In this document: one piece after another, positions 26,870 to 41,340 of the stretch
Position numbering within the stretch: the stretch's first letter is position 1
How the letters are laid out: the number at the start of each line of letters is the position of its first letter
Assembly (NCBI RefSeq): GCF_001194135.2
Contig: NC_068981.1
Coordinates: forward strand, 58,049,645 to 58,113,644
Origin: Octopus bimaculoides
Lineage: Eukaryota
Length of the DNA stretch: 64,000 bases
Direction of reading: 5' to 3'
Translations under genes and position numbers: made by a program
The notes under the pieces: generated by a model
What the model was told of the DNA's origin: nothing
The model's database searches: none
What the model saw: only the letters and a program-made list of their open reading frames with translations

Positions 26870-29800
26870 TATACATATATAATTTTGTTAGAGATTGCTG
26901 AACAAAGAAATTTTTGTTTTGTGGCACATCTCAGAATACAATAAGGAAATAAACTGAATTTAACAGTTTTGTCATTTTAATGGCTAAAATAATTTTCATC
27001 CTGCAATAGTTCCAGTTTCTACACATAAATTCAGATCAAGTCACTGAGAGAGAGAGAGAGTAAAAGTATTATTAGAAATCTTTGATAAAACAAAACAGTT
27101 AAAAGAATTGTTTTTTAGTGAGATAGACAATGTCCATGTAATTATTTTTTAATTAAAAGGATGATGAAGTTGGAAGCTAAAGTTGTTAATGTATAAGTTA
27201 AAATATTGCAGGTATAGGAAGGTAGTTTTAGAAGATGTAGTTTAGAAAACTCAGGTGGAGAAAGGTCAGGGTAAAATGACCAGAAGATGATCCATATGTG
27301 CATTTAGTAAGGTTGGGCTGCAAGTGGTTATGAAGTTGTTTTGCCTGAGGTTTACACTGATCAAGCAGGCCTATGATCAATGGTGCTCCAACTCTGACAA
27401 TCCCTTTTGTTAGACAGTGCATCCAGGATTACATTATCCAATGTACCCTTTTTAAAAGATGAATGGAAATTGAGGAGGGTTTGGTTGATATTTCTAGCAG
27501 GTTGAGTAACCATATGGAGGCTTCTTTGTTTTCTTGTCCTTTATGTGTTAGATAGGGCACAGTTTATGATATACAATATATAATACAAGATTATAATAAC
27601 AGATTTTAGTACTTCTTTTACTGGTTTTGATCATTAGGCAGTATCCATGCTGGGGTACTACTTTTAAGCATTTAAGGTGATCATGTTGACCTCAGTATAA
27701 GTATAAAAAACCCTTGCTTACTTGTGGCTGTGAAGTTAAGTTCAGAGGAGCAACAAGAAAGGATAGCATTGGTAACTAAAATGTTTCGCCTTTTCCTAAT
27801 TATAATTATTGTACGTGTTTGTGTGAAATAAGATTTTGAACTGTAGTTTAGTGTATGAATGTAATTTATACAAGGACAGAAGCAGATAGGTGTTGACATA
27901 CTTTCTTGTACTGGAGATTTTGTGATAGTATTTTTAACTATGTGATATTAACTGAAGAGGTAAAATTCAAGTACAATGTTGTAGTGAGTGAATGATTCAC
28001 TGAGATGCAACAATTATTTAAAGAAAGAAAAAAAGTAGATAGACAGATAGATAGATTCAGTTATTGTCATTGCTGTTTTCTTTTTCTCCTTAATTTGCTT
28101 GTTTCATGTTCTGAAAATAATGAGGTAATTTCCTTCTGGTCTTACTTAAACTGTAGATAGACATTTGATCTTGACTAAACATTATAAATAGGCATAGGCT
28201 GTATTTCATTACAGAATTATAGTAGTAAACCAAATTTGTAGGTGGTCATCAGAGTGTAATGACTGGTTAACATAGCCATTTAATAAAACTAGATAGAAAA
28301 GTTATACCAGCTTAACTACTAGGTAAGATGTATTGAAGCAAAAAAAAAAAAAAAATGAGTAAACGTTGAACTGCTTCCGATGATGAGGTTCCAGCTTGGG
28401 AATCCAGACATTTTGGGGAGTATGGAGGTGCCCCTTAGTTGCCATACTTCCCAGAACAGCAGTACCTATCAAGGCCCTAGTTGTGAATCAAAGAGAAAAA
28501 GTTGGTCATGTGGCCTAGGCATACAGGACTCAGAGAAGGGTTCACTCCTAGATACATGCCACACAGACCTATTGGTGTGTTTCTGATGTCACATGAAACA
28601 GTAAGAGTTAAATAGGGCCTGTGCAAAAATAAATTGTTAATAAACTGGCAGAAGGTAATGGCAATCAATTGATATGTCTTCCCCAAGAAAAATTATGGAT
28701 CTTAAGACTTTGCCATAGAAGTCTATAATTATTGATGATTGTAGGTATGTTGCATGAAGAAAGAAGAGACACATGCATGTCTGTATATATACACACATAT
28801 AGCTTGTGTGTTAGTGTGTATGTTAATAAAACAAAAACAACATGCACTGCAAACTACTTCAAAATATATTTGGCATGGGCTGCAGAGACTTATTGAGGCA
28901 GTATTCTACAGTAGATTTAATAGTCAGAAACTGAAAGAAGCCTGTTGCACACACACGCATGTGTGTGTGTGGGGGGGGGGGAGTCTCCTTGTCTTAACAT
29001 TATGCAATAGTTAAAATTGAATATCACTGTCATATAAGTGTCCATTTCCAACCTGTAACTAATATCAGATTTTAACCAGCTGACCAATAGAATTTAAAAT
29101 TTCCAAGAAAATGCATGCTTCTTTGAAAAAGAACAGTTTATGATCAATACTTAATAAAACAAGTATCTGAGAAAAAGAAGTATTACTAATATATTTCTTA
29201 CATTTCATCCATTATAAACAAATTTGAAGCTTATTGGGTGTTTTAACAGAAAGAAATTTAAATATGGAGAGTCAGTCTTTTATCAAAGTGTTGATTTTAG
29301 ATTCAATTTATGTTAACTTGGATATTAGGAGACAATTTTAGATTCAATTTATGTAACTTAGATGTTAATAAACTTCCTAGAAAACAAAATGCCAGGAACA
29401 AATAAGATAAATCAGAAAGACAGCTGGGTAATTAGAATCTTAAAACTATTAGTTAAGAAGGTATAGTATTGCAACTTACCAAAACATCTAATAGTTGAAA
29501 TGATGATCAATTACTTCATAGTAAAACTCTAAAATCTCCAAAGGTAGAAGGCAAATGCCTACAACACAGCTTTGTATGCTTTAAAGAATTTAACTTTAAT
29601 GACTGCCTTCAATATCTCAATAGAAAACTGGAATTCTAAAACTACGTAATAGAGTAAGTTGAAGAGTGATAGTTTTGGGCTATTTTATTTGAGAGTCAAA
29701 AGATTCAGTAAACAAAAATGTGACTAGCTGCCTGAAGGAGGAAGTTGGTGGAGGAATCTCCACGTTCTGCTGGTTTTTCATAAGCTGGTGATAAGAGGAG

Positions 29801-32800
29801 TCATGTAGTGAAAGTCAGAGTGGAGTTTCATTTTACTAAAAAATAAAAAAAAGTATGCGAGTAGAGTCTCTCATATCTGTGGAAGAATATGGAAAGGTAT
29901 GCAAAAGTAAATTGGGTCTTACTTGACATAAAAATTTACAGCAATGATCTGGGATGTATCCAAACAAAAGAAACACATTTGTGTATCATGTTTGTAATAG
30001 AGTCACTGCTGGATATTTCTAGTTATCAGTGATGACCATATTCATTTATGTGGATAGCCCTCATTATCATCTTTTTACATCTGCTTTCCATGCTGTGTGT
30101 GTACACCACCTATTATTAGGTAAATAAATAGATACATAGATAGACAGACAGAAAAGTTTGCGAAATAAAGAGAAAGAAAAAAAATAAGAGTGCTTTTTTA
30201 TTTTCTCTATATTTTTTGGTTCATATCTATAATTAATGTAAACAAAATGGCTTACTTTGAACAAGTGTTACTTGTTGATAAATTATAAAAGAAAAATTGT
30301 CTGCTCATATATAGTTCTCCCACATCAATGGCATTACATATATCAGAAAATGTATGTCTAGGACTACATTTAAAAAAAATAATACTAGTGAGAAGAATGT
30401 TGGCAAAGGAAACAAAGTATATTTGTTATGTATTCTCTAACACAAGAAATAAAGAAAACAAAACATTTTTAATGACCTAGAATAATTTTGCATTATCTGA
30501 ATAAAATGAAATTTTGATGGTTTTAACAATAACAATGTAATGCAAAGTATATTAAAGATTGTTTGAAGAATTCTGTATAGTAAACTATATAATAGATATA
30601 TATAAAGGAAAACTCTATAAGAACATCTTCTGTGAGAGAATTAGCCAGACAGGAAATATATTTGTTTAATAATAAATGTAAGAGTTTAAAAAGACACAAA
30701 TCCAATATACTAAACTGTGATATTATACCTTGTATGACTACCTTCAAAAGAAACTCGAAACTACTGTCTTCACAAGATGCCAATAAAATTTTATTTGTAT
30801 CTTATAGAGCTATTCCCTACAGTCACTGATCTTTCCCTGAAGCCAATTAATTATATATTGACTTCATTTGCCAAAAAATCTCTTAATATAAAATGAAGGT
30901 CATCTGAAAACTAATTTTTGCTTATGATGCCCTAGAGTAATTAAATTCAATTATGTAACTGCTACAATGGTATGATTTTAATTAAAATGCACCATTTAGA
31001 AAAGCAAGTTACACATCTATAGAGATCAAGCTAATTTTATTACAAATCTGTGAAGGTATAGCTCAATTTATTAAAAAATTGAAAATTTAGAAATATATAA
31101 TGAAAAAGTAAAAAAAGAACCATATTTATGAACAATTTAGAAAAGATGGTAATATTAGCTTTTAGAATGCAAAGATAGTCTGCTTTTAAGACAAATTTAG
31201 GTTGTAGCTGCATCCATATGTAACTAGGCACAACAGATAAAAGGCACAGCAAAATTGTGGCTATGATATTACATTTTTAGTAGCTGTAAAGATAAACAGA
31301 GAAAGAAAGTGAACTGCTGATTTAAACTGTTTCAACTCTTATAGAAGGCAAGATTGTGGACAACTTTTGCTTTGTTAACAGTCAAATTTTGACTGAAGCA
31401 AGTGGCAAGACAGATAATTCTTTTTTACTACTTGATATACAAGATCTAATTTCCAATCAGTACAGAATATAATGTAGAATTCTTGCTTACTATAGTTAAA
31501 TGAGCTAATTATTTAATCTACAGCAACATTTTGGTTTAGGATGTAGCACAGTTCTAGTTACAAAGCATGAACTAAGTTAAAAAGCAAATTCCTCTTCCAC
31601 TCAGATATTGTATCATTTTTCTCTACTATTAAATTGATTACTAAGATATGTAGCTAGGTGAGTTTATAAGTTATAAGACAACCAACTGAGAGACCAATGT
31701 TTCATATCCAAGCTCCATGTTATGTCCATAGCCAAAATATTTAGCACCTCAAAACTCCTTCTCTGCCCTGAGGTAAATAGGTATTACAGGAGAGGAGCAA
31801 CCTATTGTTACTTGCAAGAACTGTAAAATTACCAACTTGATTAGTTTTATGGTATACAAGATATTATCAACACTGTAAACTGAGATCCAACTAATATATG
31901 ATCAATAACCCTCTTCATCAGTAAAAACTGAACTCATTTACAGGACCTCTGATTACACGTAACTGAAATTCTATGTTTGGACTAAATATATAAAAAAAAC
32001 TCAGCTATACAATTAATTATACAAATGTGACAAGCTAGATATTCTATATGGAATGTTGACAGCAGAAATGTTGAAGATTTTTTCATTAAAGTCACAAATA
32101 TTTGGTACAGAAAAGAAAAGTGTTGAAATATTACAATTTAGGATTCTTTATGGCATTTCTTAGGATAGAAGCAAAAAATAATATGAAATAATTAATTTAA
32201 TTCATCATGACAAATCAAAAATGACACCTTTGATACTATTCTCCTCAGCCATTATTTATGAGACATGACTCTTAAGCAAAGAAAAACTAAAACCTGAAAA
32301 GAGTAATGGTAGAATTGGTAAGATACTGGCTTACAGGCCTGTAGTCAAAACCTGTTACCAATATTTAATTCTCCTCCTGTCAAAGACAAACTTCAATTTT
32401 AATACATAAGTTAATGTTAACATATTTAATGTCAGGAGCATTAGAAAGCTAACTAGAGATAATTATGCAATGAGGAAAAAACAATATTTGTGAAAATTAT
32501 TTTTTATCTTTTTTAGCGAGTTTAAGAGACAATTCAAGACTGTTTTGGTCTTATTCTTACCTCATCAATAAAATATATGTTACCATACTTGTTCAAGTTG
32601 TGATAAAAGAATTACTAAGTAAATATACAAAATTGTATATTTGCTGACATAGGAAAATGGAATTATTTAGAATTTAGATAATTAAATAATTCATCACTGC
32701 TGGAAAAGGTAAAAAAAAAATATTAAACACCGACTAATGCTTTTGTTCCTTCATTGTATAATTATTTACACTTGACTTTCTAGAACTGTATGCATTTATT

Positions 32801-32884
32801 TGTGTTAACACTAACTGACTTTTTGAATTTAAATTGTCTAATCCAACAAACTATATAATGTAATGTTATGGATTATGAAGTGCT

Positions 32885-33335
32885 GACATAGCTGTGTAAT
32901 AAGATGTTCGCTTCTTAATCATATGGCTTCAGATTCAGTCCCACTTAGTTGTATCTTGGGCAAGTATCTTGTACAACTTTAGGCTGATTGACGCTTTTTA
33001 AGTGGATTTTGGATATGTGAACTGAAAGAAGCCCTTGTGTGTGTATGTATGTATGTATGTATGTATGTATATAGATAGATAGATGCATGTGTGTGGGGGG
33101 GGGGAGAGTTTCTAACTCCATACCTTGATATTGCATGATAGTTATATGTGTCACCATTATGCAAAAGTTGTCTATTTCCAATCCTCTGTGAAAACATGTC
33201 TGGTCATGGAAAAATATTACTTTACAGGTGAGGCGTTGGTGACAGGAATGGCAATTGGCCATAGAAAATCTACTTCAACAAATTCCATCTGACCCATGGA
33301 AGAGTAAATGTGAAAATGATGATGATGATGATGCA
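32885..33335 (+). mobile_element. Near full-length SINE: tRNA head, CORE-like ttgggcaagt domain, microsatellite, RTE-type (GAT)n tail
   Basis: ttcagtcccacttagttgtatcttgggcaagtatcttg...gaactgaaagaagccc...catctgacccatggaagagtaaatgtgaaaatgatgatgatg. Confidence 0.75.
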
Positions 33336-34433
33336 GTGAGGGATCACTGCAGTGATGAGCTTAATTCATTTGAAGATCAAGTTAAACTCACAGCATGGAA
33401 AACTACAATGAGAAAGACTATTGGAATCTTTACCATTACTTCTCTTACTATCAATATACTTACTACTTTCCATTTGTACAACAGTGTTATGAAAGTCACA
33501 GGAGAACCAATGATAACCTTTCTGGCCATTTAAAAAAAAATTAGATTATATATGAAAAATAAATATATATTGAAGTATGCATTTATTAAACTGTGCAAAA
33601 AAAAAAAAAAAAAAAAAATTAACATACCTTTTACATCCGTTTGATTTTCTTTTTTCCATCTTGAACATTCTATGTATAATTTTTGATGATTCCCTAACTG
33701 AATTTTGAAAAAAAATATGAGAGAGAGAGAAGGGGAGAGAAGTGGGGCAACGTGTGAAGAAACAATGAGAAAGAAAACCAGTAGATCACTTGAGTGAAGG
33801 AAAGAATAATAGTTTCTTACATAAACATAAAGTAGTCAATTATACTGATTCTAGTACTTGAATGGTATTTATCCTGGAAGGATAAAAGGCAAAGTTTACT
33901 CTGGTGGAATTTAACGAGAACATAAAAGGGTGCAATTAAATACTACAAAGCATTTTGCCTACTGTTTTACTGATTCTACCAATTCATCTTCTTTCTCCAT
34001 CCTACATAGGAATGTATGTGTTTAGAATAAAACTATTTTTAAATGTCTGAAAGTGTTATGTTCATTATGTTGATGCTAATCAAAATTCAAATCATAAAAT
34101 TGAAAATCAACAGACTAACATGATAGCGAAAAGTGCAAAACCAAAGTGAAGGTGTGTATAAATTAGATGTGAATATTTTGGATGTACTATTGATATAGTT
34201 TTATATTAGTCCTTGCTACTTCACAATTTCTGGTTTATTTATATCATATAGTAACATTTAAGCATTTTCTTTTTATAAAATGTTAAATTTACTTTATTAT
34301 TTGTTGAATATAATTTATTTCAACGATAATAGTTTTTCATGATTATTCTTAAAGGTATTACACATATCAAAAGAAAAAGAAAATGTAAACTACAAAGTAT
34401 TATATATGCATTACTTAGTCTTAACACATTTAA

Positions 34434-36720
34434 CTCTTTTAAAATGGTTGACATAAATTTACGCATGCAATGTACATGCTTTAAATTGGTTGACGTAATT
34501 ATACACTGCCTGACTTAGAACCTGTTGCCAGAGTTAGTAGCAGTCCACCTGCCATAGATAGGCCAATTAGATGTAAATATTTACAACTTGATAGGCTGGT
34601 CCTGCCACTCCGACTGTCAACTTCGTCATTGTGTCCTGTTTAGTCAAATTTACAGTCATCACGTCCTACCATTCCAGCTCCATCAACTTTGTCATCGCGT
34701 CCTGTTTAGTTGAATTTATGGTCATCGCATCCTACCACTTTGGCTCCGTCAACTTCCTCGTCGCATCCTGTTTCATCGAATTCATGGTCATCATGCCAAG
34801 CTACACCACCTCACCAGTTGTTTCTTCCGGTTCAGACGATGACTCAGAGAGTGAGTATTTTCCTAATTCAGAATCAGATGATTCCAATAGCAATGATGAT
34901 ATTCCAGTGAATCAAAGGTACAGGTGGGCAGCAGTGAATGGCGCTGGACAACAGAATGTCATGTGGCAAACGAGAGGCAATTTCATCTGATGGCATGGGT
35001 TTACTGGTACGCCTGGCATAAAGGCAAACTTTGAACATGAAGTTCGCCACTGGAAATCTTTCATGAGTTTTTGACATATGAAATGTTCCAATATATAGTA
35101 AATGAAATGAGAATGACCATGCTGAAAACCACCCCCAGCATGTCAGACCCAGGCATGGCAATGATTGGTTTCCAACCACAAGAGACAAAATCAAAGTTCT
35201 GCTGATACTGATGGGCATCGTAAAGAAACCAACTCTGGTGTCATATTGGAATCAGGATCCAGCCACATCGACACCTTTCTTTCCAGAAAAGATGCCACAT
35301 GATCGATTTTTGGCGCTTCTTCGAAATGTACATTTCAACTTGGGTGAGAACCAAGATGACAGGCTGCACAAAATATGTCCTATCGTTGATGAAGTAGCTG
35401 AAAGTTTCAGAACAGTGTATGTCCTCACACAGGACATTTGTACAGATGAGAGTTTGTGGAAATTCAAGGGAAGCCCTGATTCAAACAATACAACCTGACC
35501 AAACATGCCCACTCTGGAGTCAAGGTTTATGAAGAATGCCAGTCAACTGGCAGAGCCTATGAGTACACGTGGAATTACAAAATCTACACTTGTCAGGACA
35601 GATTGGATCTTCCAGTGTCTACTCTAATGTCAACTGATGTTGTGTTGTCAATGAATGAAAACTTGTTTGACAAAGGCTACAATATTTATATGGACAACTG
35701 GTTTTCCAGTCCAAACTTCTTCCTGCAGCTGGGGCAAGGAGGACTAATGCCTGTGGGACTGTGAGAACACACAGGAAAAACATGCCACCCAATCTTCACA
35801 AGATAAAAGGGAGAAACAGCATACCAATGCACCAGCATTTTCACTCTAGCATGGCGTGACAAAAATGTCTACATGTTATCCACAATGCATTCTGCAAGCA
35901 TGAAGGACACTAGAAAAGAAGATGCGGACAATAATGTCAAAATGAAACCGAGTGTAGTTGTTTCATACAATGAAGGGATGGGCAGGGGTTGATTGCTCAG
36001 ATCAGCTGGCAATAATACACAAATCAGTGAGAAAATTTGTGAAATGGTACAAAGAAATTTTCTTGTATATAGTTGACGCGTGTCGTGAACTCATGTTTGA
36101 TTTGGCAGATGCTTGGCAGTGTGGGGAATGGATTGTCATTCAAGAATCTATTGTTTCATGAAATGATAGAAGCATCAAACCTGCCAAAGTACAGAATGCG
36201 TGGATGTCCCCACACCGGACTCTCTCCTCACTGCATGGTGAAGAGACATGGACATTTTCCATGACTGTTTCCCCTTACCTCCAAGAAGATAAACATTTCA
36301 AAGATCTACACAGTATGTAAAATAAAAGGGAAACTAGACACCATTGTTCACAATGTGATATGCCACTGTGTGTGGTACTGTTTTGAACTCACATGATTGT
36401 AAATAGATGAAGTTGATCTGACTTGTGCTGTTGAGTGAGCTTATTCAGGAATAATACTGCATGAGTGTCCTGCACAGGGATATAGTTTAGGTAAATAAAC
36501 AGTACTTGCACTAAAGCAGTTGATGTAAATATATGCTGAATGTTATCTTGCACTGAGTGCTGACCTTAATCGGTGTGATTACTGTTGCCATGCACAGGCA
36601 ACCAAATGAATCACTGCTGTAAACTAGTTAAAGCAGTTGATGTAAATATATGCTGAACCATTGTCATGCGCTAATTGCTGATCTCAGCCGAGGTGATTAC
36701 CATCAATGCAACCAAGTTGC
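34434..36720 (+). mobile_element. piggyBac (PGBD4-like) DNA transposon, decayed
   Basis: Putative left end TTAA|CTCTTT. Acidic N-terminus, then LMGIVKKPTLVSYW...DRFLALLRNVHF...ICTDESLWKFKG, YNIYMDNWFSSP, GTVR, KPSVVVSYNEGMG.VDCSDQL (all three catalytic Asp regions) and a C-terminal HCSQCDMPLC. Several stops and frameshifts. Right TIR not confidently located. Confidence 0.88.
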
Positions 36721-39700
36721 TTGATAAAAAAAAAAATCATTGTCATGGGGAACATTTAATGCTGGGATCATTAAAAAGCTAACTAGAAATAGATATGCAG
36801 GAATAAAACAAAATGTATGGCAATCTAAAACTAATAGTTTTGATTTTCTCAGGAAGTACAGGTAACAAATCCAGACATGCTTAAACATTATTTTGGCTTC
36901 ATCAGTGAAACATTGCTCCCAATATACTTGCCAAAGTAGTTATGAATTAAAAAATAACAAGGCAGTACATTTATTGGTTTAAGAAAATAGAAGTGTTCAG
37001 AGATTATGTCAGGTGAGACAAGTTCAAATATGTTTTAGCTTACTAAGATCTCTTCAGCAAAAACAGTCTTCACCGTATTTTGCCAAGTAACAAGGCAGTC
37101 AGTTATTGGTATAGAAAATAGAATTGTTTAGAAAATAGAATTGTTTAGAAATAGATGTCATCAACATGAAAGCAATAGGTAAGACTGTGCTTAAATGATG
37201 TATAGGGCATTAACAGTTTAACTAGAAATAAATATGTGATGAGAAAAAGTTAGACAGACAAACAGATAGGTAAAGTCAATGCCTAATGTTTTCATTTTCT
37301 GGCAAGGAAGAGCAATAACTCATGTCATATTTTGGTCTTGTTTTGACCTCATCAGTAAAACATAGCCTTTGATGTACTTACTCAAAAATTGATAAATGAT
37401 TAAGTAAATATACAATATTGTACATTGAAGATGTAAAGAAAGAGATCAAATAATATTAATGTAAAAAGATATTAGTCACTGACTAATAATGTACTTGTTA
37501 TTTTTCCTCTCATCACTTTTTTTATGAAGTTAGCTTTTTAATACCTTTGTATTAAATAATGCTAGCAATAACTTACCCATTGTTTTTCAAGCAGATAGTG
37601 TCATTGAATTATTTAATCTCTTTGCATACATAGTTTGTTTGAATATGTGTATATGTATTCAGTTGATACAATCAGTTAATAATGAGAGCGTTCTATTGAC
37701 AGAAAAAAAACAGGTTTCTCTTAGCTACATTGTTCTAAATAAATATGCATTTAGGTTTCTCAAGCTACATTGTTCCAAATAAATATGCATTTGAGAATAA
37801 TAGTATCAGCAGACCTTCTTATCTGAAAGTGATGTTCAATGAGCCAATGAATTGTATGACAGACAATCTCTTAACTACATCTGGTCAAACATATCCAAGA
37901 CCAAAAAATATAGTAATAAAGATATAAAATTTAAATATGAAAATTTTGTACTTTAGTGCTTTTTTAATGTATTATTCCATTATATTGTCATCACAACTCT
38001 GTATTATTCAAATTACTTCCATGTAGTTATCATGCTGTTTGCTACTTTGCATTATGTTATGTATTTTGTGTTTGGGGCAATATCATTGGTTGTTTGAAGT
38101 AAATTAAAAGGTATTTTCATTCTAGCCTAAACCTGTTTCACTTTAATTTACTTCATTGGATAAGATTCTAAAACAGGATATTTTCAACACTGACCAGAAC
38201 ACTAACAACATGGCCCAAAAATGGTGATATTGGTCTATCAGCTATTGAAGACAAGAATGTCAACAAACTTTATGTGCTAGTTAATTATATCTTGCCACTC
38301 ATTTTCAAATGTATATCCAAATCTACCCATGAGGTCACTATTGACATATTTCAAAGTATATATGTCAAACTGAAATATGAGAACTTCTCAAAAAAATCAG
38401 AAACAAAATTATCAATGAATCTTTAGACTAATACTTATGGAACTTCAAACTTTTAAGCCAAGACTGAAACTTTCAACCCTTGACAACTGAAAAGTCCCAG
38501 ATTGACTATGTTAGGGACACCTTTGTTAATGGCATGTGTTCGAAATGCATTTGTCAAGGCTTCTCAAACACACATTTCCTTACTTAGAAACCACATTTAA
38601 ACTGGCCAAGAATACTAGAAATTACACAAAAACAGTTGAGGGACTACTCAGCCAACACAGCAATCAAACTTATGCCCACCTTGAAGAGGAAGCAGAAATA
38701 TCTGACTCAAATCATACAACCACAGCTATTTTAAGGCTTAGGGATATCTTTTGCAGCCTTATTAGGCACTCTAAAAATAAATGCCCACCCAGAGAAACAA
38801 GATGCAGCCTGTACAATAAAATAGTGAACTCCTCCTAAGTTTGGAGATCTAGTAAGAGACCTACATCAGTTTCAACCTTTCTCATAACTATATCTGTCAT
38901 TTCTCCATCGTGCCTATCAACAACTGCAAACATAGAGTAAAACAGATAGTAAAATAGAGGCTACTTTACTTGATACTGGCAATGTATTAAGCCTTGCAAA
39001 TAACACACTTGTAACCAAATGCAAATGGAATCTCCTACCTCGTAACTTGACCATTTCAATAGCTTCTACTGATCATCAGTCCCTTGTTCATGGTTGTGTT
39101 ATAAGTGATCTTACTCTTGGCCTTTACAAGTATCACAAAGTATGACTTATAGCCCTAAACGATTTATACTTAAGTTAGAGTAATCTGCATTATTCATGAT
39201 TTCTTACAATGCTGTTTTGCAATAAAGTGATGTTATCATTTATATCAAATTACTTTGTATAATCAAGTTTAATCCCACAACACATGTAGTGGCTTTAGTG
39301 TAGGAGAACTAGCCTAACTTACTATACATTAAATCACCAAATTTAGATTGAAGTTTGAGCAAGAGCTCCAAATTAATGTGTTGTATATGTCAAGACTTTA
39401 GAAAAGAGGTGATGTTAGCAAGTCTCTGTTGTTTCTCAAAATTCATCCTTTAATTGTATTTGACATTGATCACACTGCATTGTCATAGCTGATATGTTAT
39501 TTGTTATTTGGAGAAGTGCATACCATGTACAGTAGTAAGGAAGTTTCTGAATGAATTCAGTCTCAAGTAAGCTGTTTATGTTGTTGTTAATAGAAAAGTA
39601 GGAATTATGAAGTCATTTAACAAAACAGAAGATCATGAATCTGCAACACATCCATGAAGATTGATATTCTACATCATTCCTGCTACAGGGATTTGACACC

Positions 39701-41050
39701 TCTGTAACAAGAACACTGAACAGAGAAGCTGTTACGCATATTCCACAATCCTGCAAGGGAAAACTATTACTCTGTGCAAGGTTGCTTTTCTTGAATTACA
39801 TAGCATTAAAAAAGCAAAATTAAAAAAGAATGTTCTCAGTTTCAAAATGACATAGAAAATAAGCTGTGCAAACATAGCAATTATCCAAAGATTTCTGAAG
39901 CCATTAAGAATTATATCCAGAATTATAACAGAGCAAGAGATGAGCATACAAAATATCAAAAATCATCTCTCACCATTGCAATGATATGTAAAATGCCAGG
40001 AATGGCATCTAGTATAAGCAATTTATTGATATAGTAATTAGTATTATTAATATTTGCACTATTAATATGTTAATATAGCAATAACCTAGTGTTTGCTATA
40101 CGAGGTCATTAACATGAATTTAATATAAACTTTAACTTTTCCAGAAGTGACACCAAATAGACACCAAAACAGCAGAGATAGCTCATTGTAAAGCTAGTAC
40201 ACAGCAACATATGGCTGAGCATGAAAAGGCTGATGTATTCAATGTGGAAATCCTTGAAATGACTTAAGAAGATATGGGAGGTGGCTATGACACAATGGTG
40301 ATTGCATTTGACTGTAGAAAAACTTACCACTAACTGAAGTTGACTTGGAATATTATAAGGGACAGCTTTGGAGTTATAAGTTTTGCATCCATGAAATGAA
40401 AGTACTTCAATGCATCTATAATAATATTTTGATGGAAAAGGTCCCAGTAAAATAATATACTTTGAATTTGTATTTCTTGTTGCTTTGTATATTCTGTGAC
40501 AGGCAGTTTCAGAAAATATTTCAGTTTAAGCAATATTTATTAAAGATAGGGAAATAGTTTCTATTTTGAGGAAAAGATTTAGCATTTACCAGCTAGAAAC
40601 CTTTTTCAGAAGCTAAATAAAGATCTTTTATCAATTAATCTTTAAAAATTGTTTTGATACTAGAAACAAACAAAAAATTTTATAAATGAACAAAAGAAAA
40701 AGACAAATATTGTTGACAAATTTTGGGGAGGATATTTGCATATTTCATACAATGAAATATTCTGTGTGAAAATGTTTATTTGAGTGTGTGTGTATTACAG
40801 AATTTACAGGTCAGGAAATTAAAATTTAAATGAGAAAACATTGAAATAATAATAATAGCTTCTTTAATTTTAATGAAAACTGAGACAAAAATATTTAAAT
40901 ATTCACAAATAAATTTTAGATTTTGGACTTTGAAAATATGAGATAATTGAGCAGATGTTAATAACAATAATAATTTATTAGTTTGGTATAAAGCCAAAAA
41001 CTTTTGGGGGAGTTATGGTGGATTGAATTAATCCAAATACATAATTGATG

Positions 41051-41124
<74 letters not shown>
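41051..41124. repeat. (ATA)n microsatellite
   Basis: Seen directly. Confidence 0.95.
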
Positions 41125-41125
<1 letters not shown>

Positions 41126-41340
41126 GTATCTTACATTGACATCAGGCCACAAATGTATAGGGAAAGGGTCTAGTTAACTGGATTCCCCAAGTATACAATT
41201 GGTGCATGTTTTATTAATCTCAGAGGAATAAAAGGCAAAGTTGATCCTGGCTGGATATGAAATGACAGTGTAAGTGGACAAAAAACAAATACCCTAGGGT
41301 ATTTAGTATGACACTCTACTGCTTTGGCCAGGCACTGTCC

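Noticed and set aside
34631-36264. Separate small genes, or a domesticated PGBD gene
   Set aside because: They are consecutive frameshifted fragments of one piggyBac transposase with multiple stops.
39600-39760. Strong-looking acceptor (ttttcccttgcag|GATTGTGG) on the minus strand as an alternative NCS-1 terminal exon
   Set aside because: No EF-hand or NCS similarity in any frame, and the true last exon at 41722-41820 already completes the protein.
40020-41215. Several minus-strand AATAAA hexamers as the NCS-1 poly(A) signal
   Set aside because: Too many candidates in AT-rich DNA to choose without transcript data.
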